Source: Candidatus Methylomirabilia bacterium
GTDB lineage: Bacteria > Methylomirabilota > Methylomirabilia > Rokubacteriales > CSP1-6
Direction: 5' to 3'
Assembly (NCBI GenBank): GCA_041497895.1
Contig: JBGQHJ010000033.1
Span: 1-36,232 of the forward strand
DNA length: 36,232 bases
Shown: positions 24,692 to 33,101 of the stretch, one piece after another
Layout: every line of letters begins with the position of its first letter
Position numbering within the stretch: position 1 is the first letter of the stretch
Translations under genes and position numbers: made by a program
The notes under the pieces: generated by a model
Told to the model about the DNA's origin: nothing
The model's input: the letters and a program-made list of their open reading frames with translations, nothing else
Database searches by the model: none

Positions 24692-26716
24692 CTAGTGTAC
24701 GTGCTCGTCGGGCGCGGGCCCGGCCGGCGTTTCCTTGTCGAGGAGCTGGATCTGGTCGGTCAGCGTCACCCGCCGGTCCCACGTGGGGCCGGGCGCGCCG
24801 GGCAGCCAGCGCGCGCGGATATAGCCCTGCCGGTCGATCAGGAACTCGGCGTGCAGCGGCGGGGCGGCGCGCCCGGAGAGTGCCGCGGGCCCGAGGCCGC
24901 GCGCGAGCAGCGTGTAGGTGGTGGCGATGTCGCCCGCGCCGTCGGTGATCACCGGAAAGAGGATGGGCGGCCGGCCGCCGAGGCGGCGGATGATCTCGTG
25001 GCCGTCGCCCAGCGGCACCGCCACGACCTCGGTGCCGAGCGCCTGCAGGGTGTTGTAGGCCTCGGCGAGCTCGACGAGGCGCGCCCGGGACTCGGGCAGC
25101 GTGAAGAGCACGAGCAGGGTCATCCAGCGATCGCGCAGGTCCTTCAGGCTGCGCGGCGGGGCGGGGCTGACCACGATCGCCAGATCCGGGGCCACCAGCC
25201 ACGGGCGTCCGGGCGGCACCAGCGCGGTCATCTGACGGGCCTGCTCGCCGGCCCCGAGGGTGCGGATGAAGTTGATCAGGTCCCAGCGCTCCTCCTCGGA
25301 GAGCACCCCGTCGAAGGGCGGCATGCCGCCCGCCGGGATGCCGTGGGTGAGCCACCAGAACATGTCGCCCGCGGTGTGCTGCGCGGTGTGCGGCGCGGTC
25401 AGGTCGGCGGGCAGCCGCGACAGGCCCGCGCCGCCCGGCCCGTCGCCGCGCCCGCCCGCGCCGTGGCAGGTCGCGCAGTGGGCGCGGAAGAGGGCGGCCC
25501 CGCTCGCCACCGAGACCGCGTGGTAGGGGACCGCGGAGCGGCGAAAGGTCGTGGGATAGGCATCGACCGTCATCGGGGGCAGCGCGATCCAGAGGCCGAC
25601 GACGAGCGCGAGCCCGCCCGCGCCGATCAGGAGCACGCGCCACGCGCGGAGCAGCAGGCCCACCACGAGGGCCAGCATCCCGAGGAACACGACCTGGACG
25701 CCGATGAGCACGCGGGTCGGTCCGCCCGGCAGCGCGGCGGCCACGTCCCAGGCGTAGCGCTGGGAGAACGGCCACCAGACCGGATCGTGCACCGCGGGCG
25801 GCGAGAGCGAGAGCCCGGTCGTCAGCAGCAGGATCAGCAGTCCGAGCCCGGCCTCCGCGGCCCCGAAGCGCGCGAGCCGCGCCATCGCGGGGCGTCCCAC
25901 CGTGTCGCCGTCGCCCGCGAGGCGCGGCAGCAGGCGGCGCCGGTTGTGCCGGGCCAGGAGGAGGATCGGGATCAGCAGGGCGACCTTCGCGAGCAGCAGC
26001 CGGCCGTACGACGTGCCGACCAGCGCGGGCACGCTGCCCACCTGGAACCACGTGTTGGCGAGGCCGGTGGCGACGAGCAGGATCATCACGGTCAGGGCCA
26101 GGCGCGAGAAGGCGCGCACCGCGAGCACCGCGAAGGGCCGCGCGTCCGCGCCCTCCGCCCGAGCGGCCGCGCGCAGCAGCGCGGCGAGCGGCGGGAGCGC
26201 GCCGAGCCACGCCCCGGCCGCGAGCAGGTGGAGCGCGTCGAGCAGCGCGGCCGGGAGGCCGACGCCGTCCACCGCGGCGGCATGCCCGGCCCACGCCATG
26301 GCGGCGGCGCCGATGCCGGCGAGGAGCCAGGCTTCCGCGCGCAGGGCCAGCCGGTCGGCGGTGGACTCCTCGCGCTCGCGCAGCAGGAGCAGCGCGGCCA
26401 GGAGCAGCAGCACCGCGTGGCGCACGAGCCACACCGTGCCGAACTGGCTATGGCCGAGCAGCCGCGTCCACTCGCCGATCTGGAGCGCGGCGCCGGCGCG
26501 CCCGGTGACCACCGCCGATTGATGCGCGAGCGCGGCGAGCCCGGAGAGCAGCACGAGGCCCACCAGGCCGCGGGCCCACCGGAGCGTGCGCGCCTCCCAC
26601 GCGAGCGCGGTCGGCCGGTCGCTGCGTCCCGCCAGCAGCGTGGCGGTGACCAGGCCCACGAGCCCGAGACCGGCGGCCAGGTGCAGCCAGCGCGCCGCGA
26701 CGCCGAGCGCGATCAT
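24692..26716 (-). CDS. copD: CopD-family membrane protein fused to a c-type cytochrome and a C-terminal thioredoxin/AhpC-like domain
   Basis: RWLHL, AWAGHA, HLLAAGAWLG, FSR, TSYGRLLLAKV; heme motif CATCH with GMPPF; EFLIDRQGYIRARW; ends DEHVH; ATGA overlap upstream. Confidence 0.85.
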   Translation of the reverse strand: MIALGVAARWLHLAAGLGLVGLVTATLLAGRSDRPTALAWEARTLRWARGLVGLVLLSGLAALAHQSAVVTGRAGAALQIGEWTRLLGHSQFGTVWLVRHAVLLLLAALLLLREREESTADRLALRAEAWLLAGIGAAAMAWAGHAAAVDGVGLPAALLDALHLLAAGAWLGALPPLAALLRAAARAEGADARPFAVLAVRAFSRLALTVMILLVATGLANTWFQVGSVPALVGTSYGRLLLAKVALLIPILLLARHNRRRLLPRLAGDGDTVGRPAMARLARFGAAEAGLGLLILLLTTGLSLSPPAVHDPVWWPFSQRYAWDVAAALPGGPTRVLIGVQVVFLGMLALVVGLLLRAWRVLLIGAGGLALVVGLWIALPPMTVDAYPTTFRRSAVPYHAVSVASGAALFRAHCATCHGAGGRGDGPGGAGLSRLPADLTAPHTAQHTAGDMFWWLTHGIPAGGMPPFDGVLSEEERWDLINFIRTLGAGEQARQMTALVPPGRPWLVAPDLAIVVSPAPPRSLKDLRDRWMTLLVLFTLPESRARLVELAEAYNTLQALGTEVVAVPLGDGHEIIRRLGGRPPILFPVITDGAGDIATTYTLLARGLGPAALSGRAAPPLHAEFLIDRQGYIRARWLPGAPGPTWDRRVTLTDQIQLLDKETPAGPAPDEHVH

Positions 26717-26904
26717 CGGGAGTCGCGGGCCGAGCCCGACCGGCGGGTGAGCCGCATCACGATGACCACGATCAGCACGCCCGCGGCGAAGACCAGGAGG
26801 CCGGAGAGCAGGCCCACCAGCAGCGGGCTCACGCTCTCGGTGCGGAGTGGACCGCCGTGGTCGGCCCATGCGGTCGCAGGGAGGAGGAGCCGGGCGGCTT
26901 TCAT
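26713..26904 (-). CDS. Small membrane protein (first gene of the copper-type operon)
   Basis: MKAARLLLPATAWA-DHGG...single TM LLVGLLSGLLVFAAGVLIVVIVM; stop overlaps the copD ATG. Confidence 0.6.
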   Translation of the reverse strand: MKAARLLLPATAWADHGGPLRTESVSPLLVGLLSGLLVFAAGVLIVVIVMRLTRRSGSARDSR

Positions 26905-26911
26905 GGGCGGC

Positions 26912-26925
26912 CTCATTATAATGAG
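26912..26925. promoter_or_regulatory. Perfect palindrome giving back-to-back TATAAT -10 elements (bidirectional promoter and/or operator)
   Basis: CTCATTATAATGAG; TATAAT on + at 26917-26922 and on - at 26920-26915, in a 24-nt gap between divergent starts. Confidence 0.72.
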
Positions 26926-26928
26926 TCC

Positions 26929-27609
26929 GTGCGTGCCGTCATCTTCGACGCCGGCAACACCCTGCTGCGGATGAACTACGGGATCATCGCGGAGCAGCTC
27001 GTGGCGCGCGGCCGCCCGGTGAGCCGGGACCAGGTGGAGGAGGCAGAGCTGCGGGCGCGGGTCCGGCTCGACCCGCACCTGGCGCCGGGCAGCTCGACCG
27101 AGAGCACGATCACCCACGGCCGCTACCTGCGGTACCTGCTCGAGCACCTGGCCGTCACCGAGGAGTCCGAGATCGAGGCCATCGCGCGCTGGCGGCGCGG
27201 CTACAACCTGCCGGCGGGGCTCTGGAACCGGGCCGATCCGGAGGCGCTCGCCGCGGTGCGCCGCGTCCGGGAGGCGGGCCTGGTGGCGGGAGTGATCTCG
27301 AACTCGAACGGCTCGGTGCGGGCCATCCTGGAGGAGACCGGGCTCGCCGCGCACCTGCACTTCATCATCGACTCGTCGGTGGTGGGCGTGGAGAAGCCGG
27401 ATCCGCGCATCTTCGAGCTGGGCCTGCGCGAGGCCGGCGTGGGCGCCGCCGACGCGGTGTACGTGGGCGATCTCTACTCGGTGGACGTGCTGGGCGCGCG
27501 CGCGGCCGGGCTCGACGGGATCCTGCTCGACCCGGGCGGCTTCTGGGGGCCGCGCGACTGCCGCGTCGCGCGCGGGCTCCGGGAGGCGGTGCGGCTCGCG
27601 CTCGGGTAG
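26929..27609 (+). CDS. HAD-superfamily hydrolase (subfamily IA)
   Basis: VRAVIFDAGNTL, VISN, EKPDPRIF, YVGDLYSVDVLGA. Confidence 0.9.
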   Translation: MRAVIFDAGNTLLRMNYGIIAEQLVARGRPVSRDQVEEAELRARVRLDPHLAPGSSTESTITHGRYLRYLLEHLAVTEESEIEAIARWRRGYNLPAGLWNRADPEALAAVRRVREAGLVAGVISNSNGSVRAILEETGLAAHLHFIIDSSVVGVEKPDPRIFELGLREAGVGAADAVYVGDLYSVDVLGARAAGLDGILLDPGGFWGPRDCRVARGLREAVRLALG

Positions 27610-27626
27610 ACCCCCTCACCACCCGG

Positions 27627-27661
27627 CCCCTCACCCTGCCCTCTCCCCGGAGGGGAGAGGG
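27627..27661 (+). repeat. REP-like palindromic intergenic repeat, copy 2
   Basis: CCCCTCACCCTGCCCTCTCCCC-GGA-GGGGAGAGGG between convergent genes; matches the reverse complement of 3697-3731. Confidence 0.85.
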
Positions 27662-29038
27662 TTACCGCGGCAGGGTCACGTAGGGGTAGCGGCGGAGGGC
27701 GTCGTAGACGATCTGCATCATCTGCTCGACCGCGGCGGCGGTGCGTCCCTCGAAGCGCAGGGTGAGGTAGGGGTTGGTGTTCGACGCGCGCACGAGGCCC
27801 CAGCCCTCCGGGAAGATGATACGGACGCCGTCGATGTCGATGGTCTCGTAGCGGCTCTTGAACTCGCGCGCCAGCTCGGCCACGAGCTGGAACTTCCGGT
27901 CGTCGGGGCAGGGGGCCTTCAGCTCCGGCGTCGAGTGCAGGTGCGGCAGCGTGTCGAAGTGGGCGGAGGCGGGGCGGCCGTCGGCGGCCACCAGCTGGAG
28001 GAAGCGGCAGGAGGCGAGGATGCCGTCGTCCACCCCGTACCAGTCCTCACCGAAGAACATGTGGCCGGAGATCTCGCCGCCGAGGAGGATGCCGTCCTCG
28101 CGCATCTTGCGCTTGAGCAGGGAATGGCCGGTCTTCCACATGATGGGCTCCCCGCCGTGCCGGCGGATGTCGTCCACCAGCACCTGGGAGGACTTCACGT
28201 CGAAGATGATCTTGGCCCCCGGGTGGCGGACCAGGAGGTCGCGGGCCAGCAGGGCGAGCAGCAGGTCCGCCTCGTGCCGGCGCCCCCGCTCGTCCACGAT
28301 GCCGACGCGGTCGGCGTCGCCGTCGTAGGCGAGCCCCACGTCGGCGCCGACCTCGGTGACCTTGGCCACCAGGTCCCGCATGTTCTCCTCCATCTCCGGA
28401 TCGGGGAGATGGTTGGGGAAGCTGCCGTCGGACTCGCAGTAGAGCTCGACCACCTCGCAGCCGAGCCGGCGCAGCAGCTCGGGGGCGAAGACGCCCGCGA
28501 TGCCGTTGCCCGCGTCGACCACGACCTTCAGGCGGCGCCCGAGCCGGACGTGGCCGGTGATGGCGGCCAGGTACGCTTCACGGGGGTCGCGGGCGGTCCG
28601 ACTTCCGCTGCCACGCTCGAAGTCGCCGGACCGTATGGTGGTGAGGAGGCCCTGGATCTCCTCCTCGGTCAGCGGGGCCGCCGCCGCGTGCACCATCTTG
28701 ACGCCGTTGTCGGAGACCGGGTTGTGGCTGCCGGTCACGGTGGCGCCGCCGTCGAGCCCCCAGTGGGCGGTCGCGAAGTAGAGCAGCGGGGTGTGGTTGA
28801 TCCCGATGTCGACCACGTCAAGACCGGTGGAGAGGACACCGGCCGCGAAGGCGGCCTTGAGCGCGGCCGAGGAGATCCGGTTGTCCATGCCGAGGGCCAC
28901 CGTCCGGCCCCCGCGACGCTTGACCAGGGTCCCGTAGGCCCGCCCCACCAGCTCGAAGACGGGCGGAGTGATGTCGGTGCCGACCTTCCCGCGCACGTCG
29001 TAGGCGCGGAAGATGTACGGGTTCAGCTCGGCCACCAC
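27662..29038 (-). CDS. algC: Phosphomannomutase/phosphoglucomutase
   Basis: IFRAYDVRG, VTGSHNP (phospho-Ser), FPNHLPDP, DGDADR, GEISGH, VRASNT. Confidence 0.93.
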   Translation of the reverse strand: MVAELNPYIFRAYDVRGKVGTDITPPVFELVGRAYGTLVKRRGGRTVALGMDNRISSAALKAAFAAGVLSTGLDVVDIGINHTPLLYFATAHWGLDGGATVTGSHNPVSDNGVKMVHAAAAPLTEEEIQGLLTTIRSGDFERGSGSRTARDPREAYLAAITGHVRLGRRLKVVVDAGNGIAGVFAPELLRRLGCEVVELYCESDGSFPNHLPDPEMEENMRDLVAKVTEVGADVGLAYDGDADRVGIVDERGRRHEADLLLALLARDLLVRHPGAKIIFDVKSSQVLVDDIRRHGGEPIMWKTGHSLLKRKMREDGILLGGEISGHMFFGEDWYGVDDGILASCRFLQLVAADGRPASAHFDTLPHLHSTPELKAPCPDDRKFQLVAELAREFKSRYETIDIDGVRIIFPEGWGLVRASNTNPYLTLRFEGRTAAAVEQMMQIVYDALRRYPYVTLPR

Positions 29039-29047
29039 GCGCCTCGG

Positions 29048-29440
29048 CTACAGGACGGCGATCGCTTCGACCTCGATCAGCCACTCCGGGACCGCGAGGG
29101 CCGCCACCGCGACCAGGGTGGACGCGCACGACTTCTTGCCGAGGAACTCCTCGCGGATCGGGACCAGGTCGGCGCGATGGCGGATGTCGGTGAGGTAGGT
29201 GTTGATCTTGACGATGTTGTCCATCGTGCCGCCGCCGGCCTCGACCTGGGCCTTGACCGCCTGGAAGACCGCGCGCGCCTGCCCCTTGAAGTCGCCGCGG
29301 TGGGCGGGCGCGCCCTTGTCGTCGTAGGCGACCTGGCCCGCGATGTAGAGAATGGTCTGGGCCCCGGTGACCTTCACGCCCTGCGAGTAGGTCGGCGGAT
29401 CCCAGACGCCCTTGGCGGCGTAGCGCTCGATCTTGGCCAT
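29048..29440 (-). CDS. Rid (YjgF/YER057c/UK114) family protein, Arg-less subtype
   Basis: YSQGV, YIAGQV, IVKIN, ASTLVAVAAL, IEVEAIA; GAGGAG RBS. Confidence 0.88.
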   Translation of the reverse strand: MAKIERYAAKGVWDPPTYSQGVKVTGAQTILYIAGQVAYDDKGAPAHRGDFKGQARAVFQAVKAQVEAGGGTMDNIVKINTYLTDIRHRADLVPIREEFLGKKSCASTLVAVAALAVPEWLIEVEAIAVL

Positions 29441-29507
29441 GCGATCTCCTCTGATCGGGGATGGGGTACTGACGGTTAGGGTACTATAGCGCGAACGGAG
29501 GCGCGTC

Positions 29508-30233
29508 ATGACCAGGGAGTTCGTGCTCGTCCACGGCGCCATGCACGGCGCGTGGTGCTGGGAAGACGTCGCGGCGCGCCTCGTGGCCAAGGGCCACCGG
29601 GTGGTGGTGCCCGAGCTGCCCGGCCACGGCCGGCGCGCCGCCGAGGTCGGTCACGCGAGCGTGCTCGCGTACGGCCGCGCGGTCGCGGACGCGATGGCGC
29701 AGGCGGGAGTGAGCCGCGCGGTGCTGGTCGGCCACTCGATGGGCGGCCTCGTGATCGCCAAGACCGCCGAGCTCTGCCCGCAGCGCATCGCCCGCCTCGT
29801 GTTCCTGGCCGCGGTGGTGCCGGCCGACGGCAGCAGCATCGCGCTCGCCAACATGAGCGCGCCGGCGCGCGCCGCGCTCGAGGCCCAGGTGATCGGCCGC
29901 GGCGACGGGACGTTCCGGCATTCCGCCGAGACCGCGTGGGCCCGCTGGATGGGCGACCTGCCGCGCCACGACCCGCGGGTGACGCGGGCCCTGTCCCTGC
30001 TCACCCCGCAGGCGGCCCGCCCGTTCTTCGAGCGGGTCGATCTTCGGCGCTTCGACACGCTCGCGATCCCCCGCACGTACATCCGCTGCCGGCGGGACGC
30101 GGCGGTGATCCCGGAGCGGGCCGCCGCCAACGCGGCCCGCCTGGGCGTCCGGCCGATCGACCTGGACGCCGCGCACGATCCGATGCTCTCGCAGCCGGAG
30201 TCGCTGGTCCGTCTCCTCACCCGTATCGCCTGA
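29508..30233 (+). CDS. Alpha/beta hydrolase (esterase-like)
   Basis: FVLVHGA..GAWCW, LPGHG, GHSMGG nucleophile elbow, D and HDPM catalytic residues. Confidence 0.9.
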   Translation: MTREFVLVHGAMHGAWCWEDVAARLVAKGHRVVVPELPGHGRRAAEVGHASVLAYGRAVADAMAQAGVSRAVLVGHSMGGLVIAKTAELCPQRIARLVFLAAVVPADGSSIALANMSAPARAALEAQVIGRGDGTFRHSAETAWARWMGDLPRHDPRVTRALSLLTPQAARPFFERVDLRRFDTLAIPRTYIRCRRDAAVIPERAAANAARLGVRPIDLDAAHDPMLSQPESLVRLLTRIA

Positions 30234-30255
30234 CCGCCCCGGGGGGAACCACCGC

Positions 30256-30642
30256 ATGGACGACGCCCTGAAGGAGACCACGCGCAAGACCGCCCGCATG
30301 CTCTTCCACTCCATCAAGAGCGGGGTGGGCTTCGAGACGTGGAAGAAGTTCGACAAGGATCTGGCCCGCGAGCTCAGCATGTTCTTCACCGGTAAGCTCT
30401 ACAGCCGGGAGGTCATCTCCCAGAAGCAGCGCGAGCTCTGCGCGGTGGCCTCGCTCACGGTGCTGAACCGCCGCAACGAGGTGCGCGCCCACATCCACGC
30501 CGCGCTGAACGTGGGGGCGACCCGCCAGGAGGTCGCCGAGGTCATCTTCCAGCAGGTGACCTACGGCGGGATGCCGGTCGTGGTCGAGGCCCTCGAGGTC
30601 TTCAAGGAAGTCCTCGTCGAGCGGGGCGAGTGGCAGGAGTGA
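30256..30642 (+). CDS. Carboxymuconolactone decarboxylase family protein
   Basis: YSR..ISQKQREL, HIHAALNVGAT..EVAEVI, YGGMP. Confidence 0.88.
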   Translation: MDDALKETTRKTARMLFHSIKSGVGFETWKKFDKDLARELSMFFTGKLYSREVISQKQRELCAVASLTVLNRRNEVRAHIHAALNVGATRQEVAEVIFQQVTYGGMPVVVEALEVFKEVLVERGEWQE

Positions 30643-31412
30643 CCGCCTCCCCCGCGATCCCGGACGTCGTCGCCGCGATGATCCGGGCCGCCGAGGCCGC
30701 GGGCGAGGTCGCGATGAAGTATTACCGCGGCGGCTTCGAGGTCACGATCAAGGCCGACCAGACCCCGGTGACCCAGGCCGACCGCGAGGCGGAGCAGGCC
30801 ATCAAGGCGGTCCTGCGGCGCGCGTACCCCGACCACGGCTTCCTCGGCGAGGAGCTCGGGGAGGAAGGGCCGAAGGAGCGCCGCTTCATCATCGATCCGA
30901 TCGACGGCACCAAGAACTTCATCCGCCGCGTGCCGATCTGGGCGGTGCTGCTCGGCCTCGAGGAGGCGGGCGAGATCACCGCGGGGGTGATGCTCAACCC
31001 GGCGCTGGGCGAGATGTTCTGGGCGCGCCGGGGCGACGGGGCGTGGAGCGAGGGCCTACGCCTGCGCGTGTCCGACTACGACCGGCTCGACGAGGCCACC
31101 CTGCTGCACTCCGACCTGCACCTGATGCGGGAAGCCGGGTTCTGGGATCCGCTGATACGGCTCGTGGACGCCTGCCGGCGCACCCGCGGCTTCGGCGACT
31201 ACTACGGCTACGGGCTGGTGGCCGCGGGCAAGGCGGAGATCTACGTGGAGACCGATCTCAAGCCGTGGGACGCGGCGCCGGTCAAGATCCTGGTGGAGGA
31301 AGCGGGCGGCCGGCTCACCGATTTCTCCGGCCGTCCCACGATCTACGGCGGCTCGGTGCTGGCCACCAACGGCCGGCTGCACGAGCAGGCCCTCGCCCTC
31401 CTCCGTCGGTAG
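30639..31412 (+). CDS. Inositol-monophosphatase family, HisN-type histidinol-phosphatase-like
   Basis: KADQTPVTQADREAE, GEE, IDPIDGTKNF, RGFGDY, KPWDAA, EAGG; GTGA overlap with the CMD gene. Confidence 0.85.
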   Translation: MTASPAIPDVVAAMIRAAEAAGEVAMKYYRGGFEVTIKADQTPVTQADREAEQAIKAVLRRAYPDHGFLGEELGEEGPKERRFIIDPIDGTKNFIRRVPIWAVLLGLEEAGEITAGVMLNPALGEMFWARRGDGAWSEGLRLRVSDYDRLDEATLLHSDLHLMREAGFWDPLIRLVDACRRTRGFGDYYGYGLVAAGKAEIYVETDLKPWDAAPVKILVEEAGGRLTDFSGRPTIYGGSVLATNGRLHEQALALLRR

Positions 31413-31421
31413 CCGCGGCCG

Positions 31422-32648
31422 GTGCGAGTCGAGCCGCTCCGCCTGATCCGCCCCGCGCCGCGCGAGGCGGCCGCGATCGCCTCGCCGCCCTACGACGTGG
31501 TGAGCCGGGCCGAGGCGGCCGCGCTCGCGCGGGGTAACCCGCTCTCCTTCCTCCACGTCGGCCGCGCCGAGATCGATTTGCCCGACGAGGTGGACCCCCA
31601 CGATCCGCGAGTCTACGCCCGCGCGCGCGAGAACCTGGCCGCGCTCCTCGGCCGCGGCGTGCTCGTGCGTGAGCCGGCGCCCGGCCTCTTCCTGTATCGG
31701 GAGGTCATGGAAGGGCGGGCGCAGGTGGGCGTGGTGGGCGGCGTGCGCGTCGACGATTACGAGGCCGGCGTCATCCGCAAGCACGAGACCACGCGGCCCG
31801 ACAAGGAGGACGACCGCACCCGCCACCTGCTGGCGCTCGACGCCCAGGCCGAGCCGGTCCTGCTCATGTACCGCGGCCGGCCCGAGATCGACCGGCTCGC
31901 GGCGGAGACCATGACCGCGGCGCCCCTCTACGACTTCACCACCCCCGACGGCGTCGCCCAGACCGTGTGGCGGATCGCCGACGCGGCGCCGTGGGTGACC
32001 GCGTTCGCCTCGATCCGGTCGGCCTACGTGGCCGACGGCCACCATCGCTCGGCGGCGGCCCAGCGGGCGGCGGTGAAGCGTCGCGCCGAGCACCCGCGCC
32101 ACCGCGGCGACGAAGCGTACGAGTGGCTGCTCGCGGTGCTGGTGCCCGCGGCCCAGCTCCGGATCCTGGCCTACAACCGGGTCGTCCGGGACATCGGCGG
32201 CCGGCCCGGGCCCGCGCTGCTCGCCGAGCTCTCCACGTGGGGACCGGTCCGGCCGACCACCGATGCGGTCCCGCCCGGGCCGGGCGCGTTCTGCTTCTAC
32301 CTGGAGCGCCGCTGGTGGCGGCTCGATCTGCCCGCCGGCTCGATCGACCGGAGCGATCCCATCCGCTCCCTCGACGTCTCGCTGCTGCAGGAGCGGGTGC
32401 TCGGCCCGGTGCTGGGCATCGACGACCAGCGCACCGATCCGCGCATCGACTTCGTGGGCGGCATCCGGGGCACGCACGCCCTCGAGGCGCAGGTCGACGC
32501 CGGTCTCGCCGCGCTGGCCATCTCGCTCCATCCCACCACCGTCGAGCAGCTGATGGCGGTCGCCGACCGCGGGCACGTCATGCCGCCCAAGAGCACGTGG
32601 TTCGAGCCCAAGCTGCTGAGCGGGCTCTTCGTCCACCCGCTGGACTGA
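31422..32648 (+). CDS. DUF1015 family protein
   Basis: SPPYDV, IRKHETT, YVADGHHRS, YNRVV, MPPKSTWFEPKL. Confidence 0.9.
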   Translation: MRVEPLRLIRPAPREAAAIASPPYDVVSRAEAAALARGNPLSFLHVGRAEIDLPDEVDPHDPRVYARARENLAALLGRGVLVREPAPGLFLYREVMEGRAQVGVVGGVRVDDYEAGVIRKHETTRPDKEDDRTRHLLALDAQAEPVLLMYRGRPEIDRLAAETMTAAPLYDFTTPDGVAQTVWRIADAAPWVTAFASIRSAYVADGHHRSAAAQRAAVKRRAEHPRHRGDEAYEWLLAVLVPAAQLRILAYNRVVRDIGGRPGPALLAELSTWGPVRPTTDAVPPGPGAFCFYLERRWWRLDLPAGSIDRSDPIRSLDVSLLQERVLGPVLGIDDQRTDPRIDFVGGIRGTHALEAQVDAGLAALAISLHPTTVEQLMAVADRGHVMPPKSTWFEPKLLSGLFVHPLD

Positions 32649-32661
32649 GGGAGGCGCTCCC

Positions 32662-32955
32662 ATGTTCGCGCGTGTCGGCACCTGGCAGGGCTCGGCGGAA
32701 GAGCTGGAGCGGTGGATCGTGCGCGGTCGCGAGCAGGTGAAGCCCGCCATCCGGCAGGATCCCGGGCTCACCGCGGTCTACTGGCTCGTCGATCGGGCCG
32801 CCGGCAAGGGGATGATCGTGACGCTCTGGGAGAGCCGTGAGGCGATGGCGGCCAGCGAGCAGGCGCGCGCGGCGCGGCAGGGCGCGATGTCGGCCGCGAC
32901 CGGGGCCAGCGTGACGACGGACCGCTATGAGGTCGTCGACTGGCTCACGACGTGA
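32662..32955 (+). CDS. Small dimeric alpha/beta-barrel (ABM-like) protein
   Basis: MFARV..PG..YWLVDRAAGKG..VTLWES..YEV; GGAGG RBS. Confidence 0.75.
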   Translation: MFARVGTWQGSAEELERWIVRGREQVKPAIRQDPGLTAVYWLVDRAAGKGMIVTLWESREAMAASEQARAARQGAMSAATGASVTTDRYEVVDWLTT

Positions 32956-33004
32956 CCGACTATGCCCTGAGCGTCGTGAGCCGCGTGCTGGTCGGCCGCC
33001 CGCC

Positions 33005-33034
33005 TTGACAATCCGGCGCGCGCTGCTCCAGAAT
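33005..33034 (+). promoter_or_regulatory. Putative sigma70 promoter of the carbohydrate ABC operon
   Basis: TTGACA (33005-33010) - 18 nt - CAGAAT (33029-33034); strong RBS TAGGAGGTGA before 33102. Confidence 0.55.
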
Positions 33035-33101
33035 CCCGCCAGCGCTCACTGCTCGATCGCCCGTCGTCGCCGACGTCCCCCCACATATAGGAGGTGAGAC
33101 C

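Noticed and set aside
29474..29490. GGTTAGGGTACTATAGC resembling half of a DtxR/IdeR box
   Set aside because: No convincing 19-bp dyad. It is better explained as -10 elements of the divergent rid and hydrolase genes.
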